This document shows, piece after piece, positions 49,695 through 58,393 of a stretch of 64,000 bases of DNA. Position numbers and translations under genes: made by a program. The stretch is from Candidatus Bathyarchaeia archaeon (GTDB lineage: Archaea > Thermoproteota > Bathyarchaeia > Bathyarchaeales > Bathycorpusculaceae). Numbering within the stretch: the first letter of the stretch is position 1; each line of letters opens with the position of its first letter. The notes under the pieces are model-generated. The model saw nothing but the letters and a program-made list of their open reading frames with translations, had not been told where the DNA came from and made no database searches. Location of the stretch: contig JAWCNE010000001.1 in NCBI GenBank assembly GCA_038849025.1, positions 5,844-69,843 on the forward strand, in the 5' to 3' direction.

Positions 49695-50138
49695 ATGACT
49701 TTCTACAAGAAATCTTTGAAATCGATAATTGAAGCGCTTCGAAAAAAGGGGTATAAGGCAACTCCCCAAAGGATAGCAATATGCAAGTATGCCCTCCAAA
49801 ATCCAACGCATCCGACAGCCAAAACCATTTACCAAAAAGTAAGAGAGGAATACCCGACAATAAGCCTCGCAACGGTTTACAAAACCCTCAAGGTTCTTAA
49901 AGAACTAGATTTAATCCAAGAGCTGCCATTCTCGCAAGGACAGATAAGATATGACCCAAACATGACCCCCCACATAAACTTGGTTTGTTCAAAATGCAGC
50001 ACAATTATTGATTTAGACGATCCGGCTGTGCAATCTATTATAAAACGGATAGCGGATGCAAAGAAATTTCAGGTAAACGGACAACGGCTGGATATTTATG
50101 GGATATGTGAAAGATGTAAAAAAGGCAAGCTGCAGTGA
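49695..50138 (+). CDS. Fur-family metalloregulator (Fur/PerR-like)
   Basis: 147 aa with a wHTH (ATPQRIAICKYA...HPTAKTIYQKV) and a structural Zn site CSKC...CERC. It is divergent from the DPSL gene. Confidence 0.85.
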   Translation: MTFYKKSLKSIIEALRKKGYKATPQRIAICKYALQNPTHPTAKTIYQKVREEYPTISLATVYKTLKVLKELDLIQELPFSQGQIRYDPNMTPHINLVCSKCSTIIDLDDPAVQSIIKRIADAKKFQVNGQRLDIYGICERCKKGKLQ

Positions 50139-50190
50139 ATATTATTAATTGATGTTTCTCTCCTGTCTCCTTAAGCAGGTCATATTGCTG

Positions 50191-50204
50191 AATTACTAGT
50201 AATT
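50191..50204. promoter_or_regulatory. perfect 14-bp palindrome AATTACTAGTAATT just upstream of the Hsp20 TATA-like element
   Basis: Read directly. The TATA-like AAAATATTTATAA follows at about 50211-50224, and the Hsp20 ORF starts at 50243 or 50285. Confidence 0.35.
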
Positions 50205-50242
50205 GTTTAGTAAAATATTTATAATTTCAAATATCAATTCAT

Positions 50243-50563
50243 TTGTTGGTGAGGCATTTGGCTGAGAAGAGTGAAAAATCGAGAATGCCAGTTCTGCCAA
50301 CCGCCTGCTTTTATCATGACGAAGAAAAGTATACCGTAGAAATAGAGCTGCCGGGGGCAGATAAAAAAGACATAAATCTTGAAGTCACAGACACTTCATT
50401 ATGTGTTAAAGCACCGAGAAACGATGTGGAGTATCATGGATGCTGGATGTTAGCTCATGCCGTCAAACCTAAAGATGCGAAGGCCTCTTTCAAAGATGGA
50501 CTATTAACAATTACTGTGCCGTTAGCTAAACCGCTGAAGGGAGTAAAGGTTTCAATAGAATGA
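50243..50563 (+). CDS. small heat-shock protein (Hsp20/alpha-crystallin domain), short form
   Basis: The alpha-crystallin core runs YTVEIELPGADKKDINLEV...FKDGLLTITVP. Start is uncertain, either the TTG at 50243 or the ATG at 50285. Confidence 0.75.
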   Translation: MLVRHLAEKSEKSRMPVLPTACFYHDEEKYTVEIELPGADKKDINLEVTDTSLCVKAPRNDVEYHGCWMLAHAVKPKDAKASFKDGLLTITVPLAKPLKGVKVSIE

Positions 50564-50665
50564 AATTGAAACCGTTTTCTTAACCTTCCCTTTTTTCAGT
50601 AGTGCTCTGTTCTAGGAGCTTATAAAGCCGCAGTTCCGCGAAGCTTACTGCCCTTCTACTGTAGT

Positions 50666-50884
50666 TTACGTTAGAGCTTTTAGTTTTTCAACAACCTCTT
50701 TTTTCAGCTTTTCATCTGCTTGAATCTCTTTTCGAGCTTTGCTCCACTCCGGCGAACAACGACCGTAACTTATCTGTTCATTAATGTAAGTATGAATAAC
50801 TTCGTCAATCTTCTCTTTATTTTCATCTGTTACCGCTACTCCAGCCTCTTTAATGATGCTATTAAACCATTTCCAACAAGCCAT
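50666..50884 (-). CDS. hypothetical small protein
   Basis: 72 aa, predicted helical, with Trp/Cys near both ends of the first helix (MACWKW...GRCSPEW). No family is recognised. Confidence 0.4.
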   Translation of the reverse strand: MACWKWFNSIIKEAGVAVTDENKEKIDEVIHTYINEQISYGRCSPEWSKARKEIQADEKLKKEVVEKLKALT

Positions 50885-50988
50885 TTTATTTCCTCCGTAA
50901 TGTATTTCTCTAAACTTTTCATATAAAATTTACCGATGTTAAAAAGCAAAAGATTATATTAATAGGCGGTTTTTATGATTTTGGGGGG

Positions 50989-51744
50989 GTGAAAGGAATG
51001 TTTAGTTTAAAAGATAAAGTAGCCATTGTAACTGGAGCAGGACAAGGAATTGGGAGGGAGATAGCTCTTTCCTTAGCTAGAAATGGCGCAAAAGTTGTTA
51101 TAATCGATATTAGCAATAAAATCTTCGAAGTTTTAAAAGAAATTGAGAAATTAGGGCATGATGGGTTGGCTGTTAGATGTGACGTATCAAATGTCAATGA
51201 AGTTGAAAAAGCCGTAAAGGAAGTTCTAAGCAAATTTGGGGGAGTAGATATATTGGTTAATAATGCGGGCATATACCCATTCAAATCTCTTACAGATATG
51301 AGTGAACAAGATTGGGATAATGTTTTAAACATTAATTTGAAAGGAACCTTTCTCTTCACAAGGGCAGTGTTGCCTAAAATGATAGAAGAGAAAAAGGGTA
51401 AAATAATAAACATTGCTTCAATCGCTGGATCAGTGGTTGGCTACCCAAATCTTACGCATTATTCTGCAAGCAAAGGCGGTATAGTCGGCTTCACAAGGGC
51501 TTTAGCGCTTGAAGTAGCCCAACATGGCATAAATGTCAATGCTGTTTCACCCGGACCGATTCTAACGCCAGGAACAGAGGCTATTGGAAAAGAAATGTAT
51601 GAGCAAATAAAAAGGAGCGTACCCTTGGGCAGATGGGGACTGCCGGAAGATGTTGCAAACTTGGTGATTTTCCTGGCAAGTGATGAATCAAGCTTTATAA
51701 CTGGGCAGAATATTATAGTCGATGGTGGCCTTACAGTACAATAG
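50989..51744 (+). CDS. SDR-family oxidoreductase (FabG-like)
   Basis: TGAGQGIG, NNAG and the catalytic YSASK are present. The likely start is the ATG at 50998. Confidence 0.85.
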   Translation: MKGMFSLKDKVAIVTGAGQGIGREIALSLARNGAKVVIIDISNKIFEVLKEIEKLGHDGLAVRCDVSNVNEVEKAVKEVLSKFGGVDILVNNAGIYPFKSLTDMSEQDWDNVLNINLKGTFLFTRAVLPKMIEEKKGKIINIASIAGSVVGYPNLTHYSASKGGIVGFTRALALEVAQHGINVNAVSPGPILTPGTEAIGKEMYEQIKRSVPLGRWGLPEDVANLVIFLASDESSFITGQNIIVDGGLTVQ

Positions 51745-51884
51745 AATATCGCTACTTTGGTAAGGTCTCCTTTTCAAATTTTTATGACTGCTTTAGAGAA
51801 TCCCAATTCTAATTGGAAATAACCTCTTAATAAAGCGTAAAATACTAGGTTTTCGCATTTGTTTATGAAGGCTGTTGTGTTTGT

Positions 51885-53321
51885 ATGAAGGAATATGATT
51901 GGATAGTTGTTGGCTCTGGTTCCGCCATGATTATTGTAGAGGCGATAGCCCAAAAGAATCCTGAGGCAAAAATTGCCGTTATAGACAAAGATGATCCTGG
52001 AGGAATATGTCTCACTAGAGGATGCATTCCATCTAAAATGTTGTTGTATCCGGCAGAATTAGTGACAACAATAAGAAAGGCTGGCGAGTTAGGCATAGAA
52101 GTTGAAATCAAAAGGATTGATTTTGCAAAAGTTATGGAGAGAATGAGAAGCCATATCCAAGCTGAAATAGAGATGATCCGTTATGGGCTTTCCCACGCCA
52201 AAAACATCGTCTATTATCCTTCCGCAGCAGAATTTGTTGCTCCCTATACCATGAAAGTTGGAAATGAAACAATAACCTCTAAAAAAATTATCCTTTGCAC
52301 TGGTTCAAAACCGCTAATTCCGCCAATAAAAGGCATAGATAAAGTGCCCTACCATACTAGCGACACAATCCTCAAAATTAGCAAATTGCCCAAGAGCATT
52401 GCAATAATCGGCGGCGGTTATGTCGCCGCGGAGTATGGATTTTTCTTTTCCGCTATGGGGTCGAATGTCACCATAATCGGCAGAAATCCCCAATTTATTC
52501 CAGAAGAAGAACCAGAAATATCGGCATTAGCAAAAAGAGAACTTCAGAAGAGCATGAAAATCCTCACAAACCACGAAGTACATTCGGTGGAAAAATTTGG
52601 CTCTGGAATGAAAAAACTTGTTGCCGTTAACCGAGAAAATGGGAAAAAAGTAGAAGTGATAGCTGAAGAAATACTAGTAGCTTCGGGAAGAGCCCCAAAC
52701 ACTGATATTCTACATCCAGAAAGAGGAAACATCAAAGTTGATGGTCAAGGATGGATCGTGGTTAATGAATTTCTTGAAACTTCTCAACCTAATGTTTGGG
52801 CTTTAGGAGATGCAAACGGCAAATACATGTTTAAGCACAAGGCAAACTACGAGGCGCTTATCGTTTATTACAATGCTGTACTAAACAAAAAAGTAAAAGC
52901 AGACTATCATGCTATCCCCCACGCAGTTTTTACCTGCCCAGAAATTGCAAGCGTCGGCCTAAAAGAAAAAGAAGCTATAGAAAAGTTTGGAGAAGATAAT
53001 GTTTTAATTGGAACAGAGCTCTTTGAGGATACAGCCAAAGGAAAAGCCATGAACCTAAAAGGCTACTTTGTCAAAGTTATAGTTGAAAGGGAGACGATGA
53101 AAATCTTGGGTGCTCACATAATTGGTCCTTATGCTTCTGTCCTAATACAGGAAATAGTGAACCTCATGTATACTCCGGACCAAAGTGCAAATCCTATAAT
53201 TCATGGAATGCACATTCACCCTGCCCTAAGCGAGGTTGTTGAAAAGGCTTTTCATTCTCTTGCACCTCCAGAAGTGTACCATCACATACTTGAACATCAT
53301 TATCAACTTCCTATAACCTAA
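51885..53321 (+). CDS. class I pyridine nucleotide-disulfide oxidoreductase (dihydrolipoamide dehydrogenase / glutathione- or mycothione-reductase-like)
   Basis: 478 aa with the FAD motif VVGSGSA, the redox disulfide GGICLTRGCIPSK, the NAD motif IIGGGYVAAE and a C-terminal dimerisation domain with HIHPALSE. Confidence 0.85.
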   Translation: MKEYDWIVVGSGSAMIIVEAIAQKNPEAKIAVIDKDDPGGICLTRGCIPSKMLLYPAELVTTIRKAGELGIEVEIKRIDFAKVMERMRSHIQAEIEMIRYGLSHAKNIVYYPSAAEFVAPYTMKVGNETITSKKIILCTGSKPLIPPIKGIDKVPYHTSDTILKISKLPKSIAIIGGGYVAAEYGFFFSAMGSNVTIIGRNPQFIPEEEPEISALAKRELQKSMKILTNHEVHSVEKFGSGMKKLVAVNRENGKKVEVIAEEILVASGRAPNTDILHPERGNIKVDGQGWIVVNEFLETSQPNVWALGDANGKYMFKHKANYEALIVYYNAVLNKKVKADYHAIPHAVFTCPEIASVGLKEKEAIEKFGEDNVLIGTELFEDTAKGKAMNLKGYFVKVIVERETMKILGAHIIGPYASVLIQEIVNLMYTPDQSANPIIHGMHIHPALSEVVEKAFHSLAPPEVYHHILEHHYQLPIT

Positions 53322-53407
53322 ATTCAAGACAGTAAACTATCATAGGTGCCCGAAAAGCTCATAAAATTGCCAGCGTTTGTGAAACCTTATATTAAAGGCT
53401 CCACTTT

Positions 53408-53947
53408 ATGATTATTTTGGGGTTTACGTTGCGTAAGATATTGATTATGGTAGATGAAGGAGTGGAAGAAGCCGAGTTTCTCTATCCCTATTACCGCCTT
53501 CAAGAAGAAGGCTATAAAGTGGTTATTTTGGCTTCAAAGGCTAACGCTACCTATATGGGAAAGCATGGGGTTCCCATAACGTCTGAAGTTTCTCCTAAAG
53601 ATGTTAAAATTGACGAGTATGACGGGATAATAATTCCTGGAGGAAGAGCTCCTGACAAAATGCGTATAGACGATGATCTTGTGAACATTGTTAAAGAAGC
53701 TTATGATAAGGGCAAAGTTATAGCCGCTGTATGCCATGGGCCTCAAATGCTTATAGAGGCAGATGTACTGCGCGGAAATAAAGCTACATGCTGGAAATCC
53801 GTTGCCACAGACTTAAAGAATGCTGGAGCCACTTTTATAGACGCGCCTGTGGTGGTCGACGGAAACATTGTCACTTCCCGTATGCCTGCAGACCTTCCTA
53901 AATTCTGCAAAGAGACTATAAAACTTCTTGAAGGGAAAAAGCCCTAA
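53408..53947 (+). CDS. DJ-1/PfpI-family protein (PfpI-type intracellular protease/deglycase)
   Basis: Carries the nucleophile elbow AAVCHGPQ and IIPGGRAP. The true start is probably internal (near KILIMVDEG). Confidence 0.85.
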   Translation: MIILGFTLRKILIMVDEGVEEAEFLYPYYRLQEEGYKVVILASKANATYMGKHGVPITSEVSPKDVKIDEYDGIIIPGGRAPDKMRIDDDLVNIVKEAYDKGKVIAAVCHGPQMLIEADVLRGNKATCWKSVATDLKNAGATFIDAPVVVDGNIVTSRMPADLPKFCKETIKLLEGKKP

Positions 53948-53998
53948 TTATCCTCTTACGTTTTCTCATCCCACACGCATAATAATACAGTTTTGTGT

Positions 53999-54805
53999 TT
54001 AAAGCAATGACTTTATGAAACCACCGTCAACTTGTATAACGGTTCCAGTTATATAGCTAGCTCTCTCTGAGGTTAAGAAAACAACTAGGTTGGCGATTTC
54101 TTCCGGTTGAGCCATACGCTTCAACGGTATATTGCTTGCCCATTCGGCTATTACCGTCTCAACTGTTTTACCTGTTTTCTCCGCCATGGACATAGCCAAT
54201 TCCCTAACTCTTCCGGTGAGAGTCCACCCTGGGCATACAGCATTAACCAGAATGTTGTATTCCGCTAGTTCATTCGCAAGGGTTTTTGTTAGACCTAGGA
54301 CCCCTGCTCTAACAGCGTTAGATAAAACTAGTCTTTCAGCTGGTTGCTTAGCGGCAAAAGAAGTCATATTGATTATTCTTCCCCACCTGTTTCTCTTCAT
54401 ATGGGGTATAACTTCCATGCAGCAGTTTACAACGCTCATTAACAGCGAATTTACAGTTTCACGCCAATCTTCCTCTGAGGTTTCCATAAAAAGCGCTGAC
54501 GGAGGCCCCCCAGTATTATTTACCAGAATATCCACCTTACCAAATTTCTGTACAGCTGTCTTTACCATATCTTTAATGGATTCTTTTTTAGAAAGATCCG
54601 CTTTAACGGGCAAAACTTCGGCTTTAGTTAAAGATCGAATTTCTTCAGCGGTCTTTTTTAGCGCCTCTTCATTTCTCGCGCAAATTGTTACTTTGGCGCC
54701 TTCTTGTGCTAAACCATAAGCTATAGCCTTTCCTATTCCTTGACTTGATCCAGTTACTATAGCAACTCGATCCTTAAGCCCTAAATCCAAATCGCAACAC
54801 TCCAC
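53999..54805 (-). CDS. SDR-family oxidoreductase
   Basis: TGSSQGIG, NNTGG and the YxxxK-equivalent SNAVRAG region are present, with a C-terminal ITG..I.VDGG. Confidence 0.8.
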   Translation of the reverse strand: MECCDLDLGLKDRVAIVTGSSQGIGKAIAYGLAQEGAKVTICARNEEALKKTAEEIRSLTKAEVLPVKADLSKKESIKDMVKTAVQKFGKVDILVNNTGGPPSALFMETSEEDWRETVNSLLMSVVNCCMEVIPHMKRNRWGRIINMTSFAAKQPAERLVLSNAVRAGVLGLTKTLANELAEYNILVNAVCPGWTLTGRVRELAMSMAEKTGKTVETVIAEWASNIPLKRMAQPEEIANLVVFLTSERASYITGTVIQVDGGFIKSLL

Positions 54806-54958
54806 TGTGTTTATTTATTTAATCATGAAAGATAAAGGTATTAAAAATTCTAACGTTATTTTACTCTCATCATTGAAACATGCTATGTACAGCAACTTTT
54901 ATTAAACTTTTTAACCAATACAACTTTTGGGGAGAATTCATTTTCTGGGTGTGAGTTT

Positions 54959-55702
54959 ATGAGTGATGTTAGGAAGGTTTCACGCAAGGTTGTGGCCGTT
55001 GAAACGGCGGAAGGAGCGGGTGCTCTGGTAAAAAGAGTTTTCCCGACAAGCCAGCTAATGCATTTTGACCCTTTTGTATTATTGGACGAGTTTTTTGTTG
55101 AGCCTCCAGCCAGTTTTCCACCTCATCCTCATAAAGGATTTGAGGCCATTACTTACATGCTTGAGGGAGGTTTTCACCATGTCGACAACCTTGGAAACGA
55201 CACAGTAGTTTTAGCGGGTGGACTGCAAAAGTTTACTGCTGGTAAAGGAATAGTGCATTCCGAACTACCTGGAACAAAAGGTCTAAACCGAGGACTGCAG
55301 TTGTGGATAAGGCTGCCGAGCAAGCTCAGTAATATCGAACCGGATTATCAACAGATCGAATCAAAGGATATTCCTGAAAGAGATTTGGATGGAGTTCACA
55401 TACGAGTGATTGCTGGAGAAGATTCGCCAGTGAAGTTGCACACCAAGATTGTCTATTTGGATGTTATTTCGTCAAGGAGAGCGGAGTTCGCTTATGAAGT
55501 AGATCCAGAAAATAATGTATTTCTTTATGTACTTAAAGGAAAATTGAATATTAGTGGTTTAACAGCTAAAAAGAATGAAGCGACACTGCTTACAATGGGC
55601 AGGAAAGTAGAGATAACAATGGAAAGAGACTCTCAACTTGTTTTGTTAAGTGGTAAACCCCACAAAGAACCTATAATTCTGAGAGGTTCTTTTGTTTATT
55701 AA
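54959..55702 (+). CDS. pirin-family bicupin protein
   Basis: 247 aa with the metal-binding motif HPHKGFEAITYMLEG...H.D and a second cupin half. Confidence 0.85.
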   Translation: MSDVRKVSRKVVAVETAEGAGALVKRVFPTSQLMHFDPFVLLDEFFVEPPASFPPHPHKGFEAITYMLEGGFHHVDNLGNDTVVLAGGLQKFTAGKGIVHSELPGTKGLNRGLQLWIRLPSKLSNIEPDYQQIESKDIPERDLDGVHIRVIAGEDSPVKLHTKIVYLDVISSRRAEFAYEVDPENNVFLYVLKGKLNISGLTAKKNEATLLTMGRKVEITMERDSQLVLLSGKPHKEPIILRGSFVY

Positions 55703-55785
55703 ATGTTTATAATACCTATAGACTAAATTTGCCTCATTTCTTTTAAAATAAAATATGGTATTTGCTCATGAGTGGTTGAAAACTG

Positions 55786-56637
55786 TTAAAATGTTTTGTC
55801 AACTTTTGCGGGCACTATTAAAACTGAACATTTTGCTTTATAGCTTACATCTTCACTTACGCTTCCAAACAAGAATCGTTTAACTTTTCCCAAGCCCCTG
55901 CTTCCCATAATAATTAAGTCATAATTGCCTTCCTCAGCAACTTTAACTATAACATCCGATGGAACGCCGACTTCCATTTTCTCGTTAATTTTCAATTGCG
56001 TTTCTCCAATGGCTTCTGCCGCTTTTGAAAGGATCTTTCCTCCTAAATCTTTAATGATATCTGGTGCATACTCAAACATCTTTTTCTCTTGCACGTTAAG
56101 TAAAGTAATATTTGAACCCATTTTCTCAGCGAGTTGAATTCCGTATTTTAGGGCGTTAATTGCATGTTCGGAACCGTCAACACATGCCAGAATACTGGAT
56201 AACATGCTAACATTTTTTGCAATTAAAACTGGCTTTTTGGCGTATCTCACAACTTTTTTGGTTACGCTTCCAAGGGCAGTGGGATCTTTTTCGTTTTCTC
56301 CATGGGCACCTATGACTATTAAATCGTAGTCCTTAGAGAATTCCAAGATGCTTTCAGCTGGGTCACGCCACCTTATTATTTTAGACTCTGTCGCTACTCC
56401 TTCTTCCATAAACAACATTCGCGCTTCGCTGAGTATCTTTTCTGCTTCCTGTTCAACACGACCTGCGATCTCTTCTTCTATATTTCGTGGAAGTCTGTAA
56501 CCTAATCTAAATTCTTTCATAACATATAGAATGGTTATGGTTGCGCCAATCTTTTTAGCAATTTTTGCCGCTGTCTCTTCAGCCATGAGACTTGAGGTAG
56601 ACCCGTCTACTGGAACAAGAATCCTATCTTCAGCCAT
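55786..56637 (-). CDS. tandem universal stress protein (two UspA domains)
   Basis: Two repeats of ILVPVDGS...G(S/A)(H/R)G...GSV(T/S)..V pattern. The ATG at 56637 (MAEDRILVPVDGS) is preferred; the ORF-track start at 56769 runs through the promoter region. Confidence 0.8.
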   Translation of the reverse strand: MAEDRILVPVDGSTSSLMAEETAAKIAKKIGATITILYVMKEFRLGYRLPRNIEEEIAGRVEQEAEKILSEARMLFMEEGVATESKIIRWRDPAESILEFSKDYDLIVIGAHGENEKDPTALGSVTKKVVRYAKKPVLIAKNVSMLSSILACVDGSEHAINALKYGIQLAEKMGSNITLLNVQEKKMFEYAPDIIKDLGGKILSKAAEAIGETQLKINEKMEVGVPSDVIVKVAEEGNYDLIIMGSRGLGKVKRFLFGSVSEDVSYKAKCSVLIVPAKVDKTF

Positions 56638-56690
56638 ACATTCTCCTTCTGACATGTTATTAATTTTATAAGCTTTAATACTTTTCCAAA

Positions 56691-56716
56691 ACTTATCAAG
56701 CCAACTTATCAAGCCA
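56691..56716. repeat. perfect tandem duplication of a 13-bp unit (ACTTATCAAGCCA x2) in a divergent promoter region
   Basis: Read directly: 56691-56703 and 56704-56716 are identical. The repeat lies between the USP start (56637, minus strand) and the ORF start at 56843 (plus strand). Confidence 0.8.
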
Positions 56717-56842
56717 AAGAGAACTTTAACAAGCGAATATCCTTTATAATGTGATATAGACCTTGGCAAATTGTAGAATCAGATGTAAATGTTTAAAAGA
56801 TCAATTTCCGCATTTCTGTTGTGGCAATTAGGGAGTGGGAGA

Positions 56843-57142
56843 ATGAGTGATAAGTGGGCAAAAAAGTTAAGCGCTCAATGTGATATAAATCCAGATGTTT
56901 TGGAATCTATGCTGAATGAGTTGAGCTCAAGTTGCTACAGCGATACAGAAATTTCTAAGCAAATAATAGAAGAACTTGCTACGAGCTGTGGTTTCAGAGA
57001 GAACGATTTAAAAAAGTTTGTACGAGAAGTAGCAAAGAACTGCCCCATGAATGCAAAAAGACTCCATGAGGAAGTTATAAAGGCCCAAGGAAATAAAGAA
57101 ATGGCTTATCAAGCCGTATACAAATCCTCAATGATACGCTAG
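56843..57142 (+). CDS. hypothetical protein (about 99 aa, 4 Cys, helical)
   Basis: The ATG at 56843 is preceded by GGGAGTGGGAG. The protein begins MSDKWAKKLSAQCD. No family is recognised. It is divergent from the USP gene and convergent with the radical SAM gene. Confidence 0.4.
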   Translation: MSDKWAKKLSAQCDINPDVLESMLNELSSSCYSDTEISKQIIEELATSCGFRENDLKKFVREVAKNCPMNAKRLHEEVIKAQGNKEMAYQAVYKSSMIR

Positions 57143-57226
57143 GATTTTGGTAAATTTTATATCCACAAGAACTAGTTGCACCACTATTAAATAATAAAAT
57201 AGGGTGACCTTTTCAATTCCTTTTAT

Positions 57227-58222
57227 TTAGCGCCATACTCCATTAATTTTTGATCCACAGGAAGGGCATTTTGAGTCTCTTATTTCATAAAGTTTTACGT
57301 CATAACCTTGCCTTTGAATCAATAATTTTCCACAGCTAGGGCAATAGGTGTTTTCCCCTTCTCCTGGGACGTTGCCTTGGTAAACATATTTTAAGCCGGT
57401 TTCCAAACCTATTTTTCTAGCTTTATCTAGCACACTTACCGGCGTAGAAGGTAAATCCAGTAGTCTATAAGCCGGATAAAACCGCGTTACATGCCAGGGA
57501 ATATTATCATCAAGGTTTTTTATAAATTCAGCTATTTTTCTGAAATTTTCTTCAGAATCGTTAAGGGAGGGAATCACCAATGTTGTTATTTCAATCCATA
57601 TGCCCAACTCTTTATGCATCCTTATTGCGTCAAGCACGGGATCTAAACGCGCTCCACAAACTTTCTTGTAGAAATCATCGCTGAAGCTTTTCAAGTCGAT
57701 GTTGTTGGCGTCTAGGTATGGGGCTATAGTCTTTAAGGCTTCTTCGCTAATGTAGCCATTGGATACAAACACGTTTTTTATGCCTTCTTTTTTGGCAAGT
57801 TTAGCCGTTTCATACGCATACTCGAAAAATATCGTTGGTTCAGTGTAAGTGTAGGCTATGCTTTCGCATTTGTAGAATTTTGCGGCTTCAACTATTTCTT
57901 CCGGTGATACTTCTTCACCTAACACTGGTTTTTGAGGTTTCGGCATCTGAGATATATCGTAGTTCTGGCAGTTTAGGCAGCGAAAATTGCAACCCACGGT
58001 GGCTATGGAATATGCCCGCGAGCCCGGGAGAAAATGGAATAAAGGTTTTTTCTCGATGGGATCCACTGCGTTAGCTATAAGTTTGCCATAGACAAGTGAA
58101 TAAAGAGTTCCTCCAATGTTTTCACGTACACTACAGATCCCTCTTTTTCCTTCAGCGATTCTGCAGTGATGACTGCACAAGAAACAGTGAACAAAATTGT
58201 TTTCAAGTTTTTCATAAAACAT
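57227..58222 (-). CDS. AmmeMemoRadiSam-system radical SAM enzyme (PflA-related)
   Basis: 331 aa with an N-terminal auxiliary Cys motif (CFLCSHHCRIAEGKRGIC), the radical SAM motif GCNFRCLNCQN and a C-terminal Zn ribbon (CPSCG...CPSCG). Confidence 0.75.
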   Translation of the reverse strand: MFYEKLENNFVHCFLCSHHCRIAEGKRGICSVRENIGGTLYSLVYGKLIANAVDPIEKKPLFHFLPGSRAYSIATVGCNFRCLNCQNYDISQMPKPQKPVLGEEVSPEEIVEAAKFYKCESIAYTYTEPTIFFEYAYETAKLAKKEGIKNVFVSNGYISEEALKTIAPYLDANNIDLKSFSDDFYKKVCGARLDPVLDAIRMHKELGIWIEITTLVIPSLNDSEENFRKIAEFIKNLDDNIPWHVTRFYPAYRLLDLPSTPVSVLDKARKIGLETGLKYVYQGNVPGEGENTYCPSCGKLLIQRQGYDVKLYEIRDSKCPSCGSKINGVWR

Positions 58223-58393
58223 GGCTTCTTTGATCTGAATCCCCCAAACAAACCATTAGGGTATTCAAGGGTATATGCGTTTCCAAATTCACACCACGTT
58301 TATTTTCATTCAAATAGACGCAGAAGAAGCATGATCAATTAGACATTTATTATGATTTAAGTTTAATAGCGACGAAGAGAATTAAAGTAATGA

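Noticed and set aside
50973-51413. Long ORFs antisense to the two SDR genes: a 146-aa minus-strand ORF here, and a 195-aa plus-strand ORF at 54132-54719.
   Set aside because: The sense strands carry TGxxxGIG, NNAG and catalytic motifs. The antisense products have no features.
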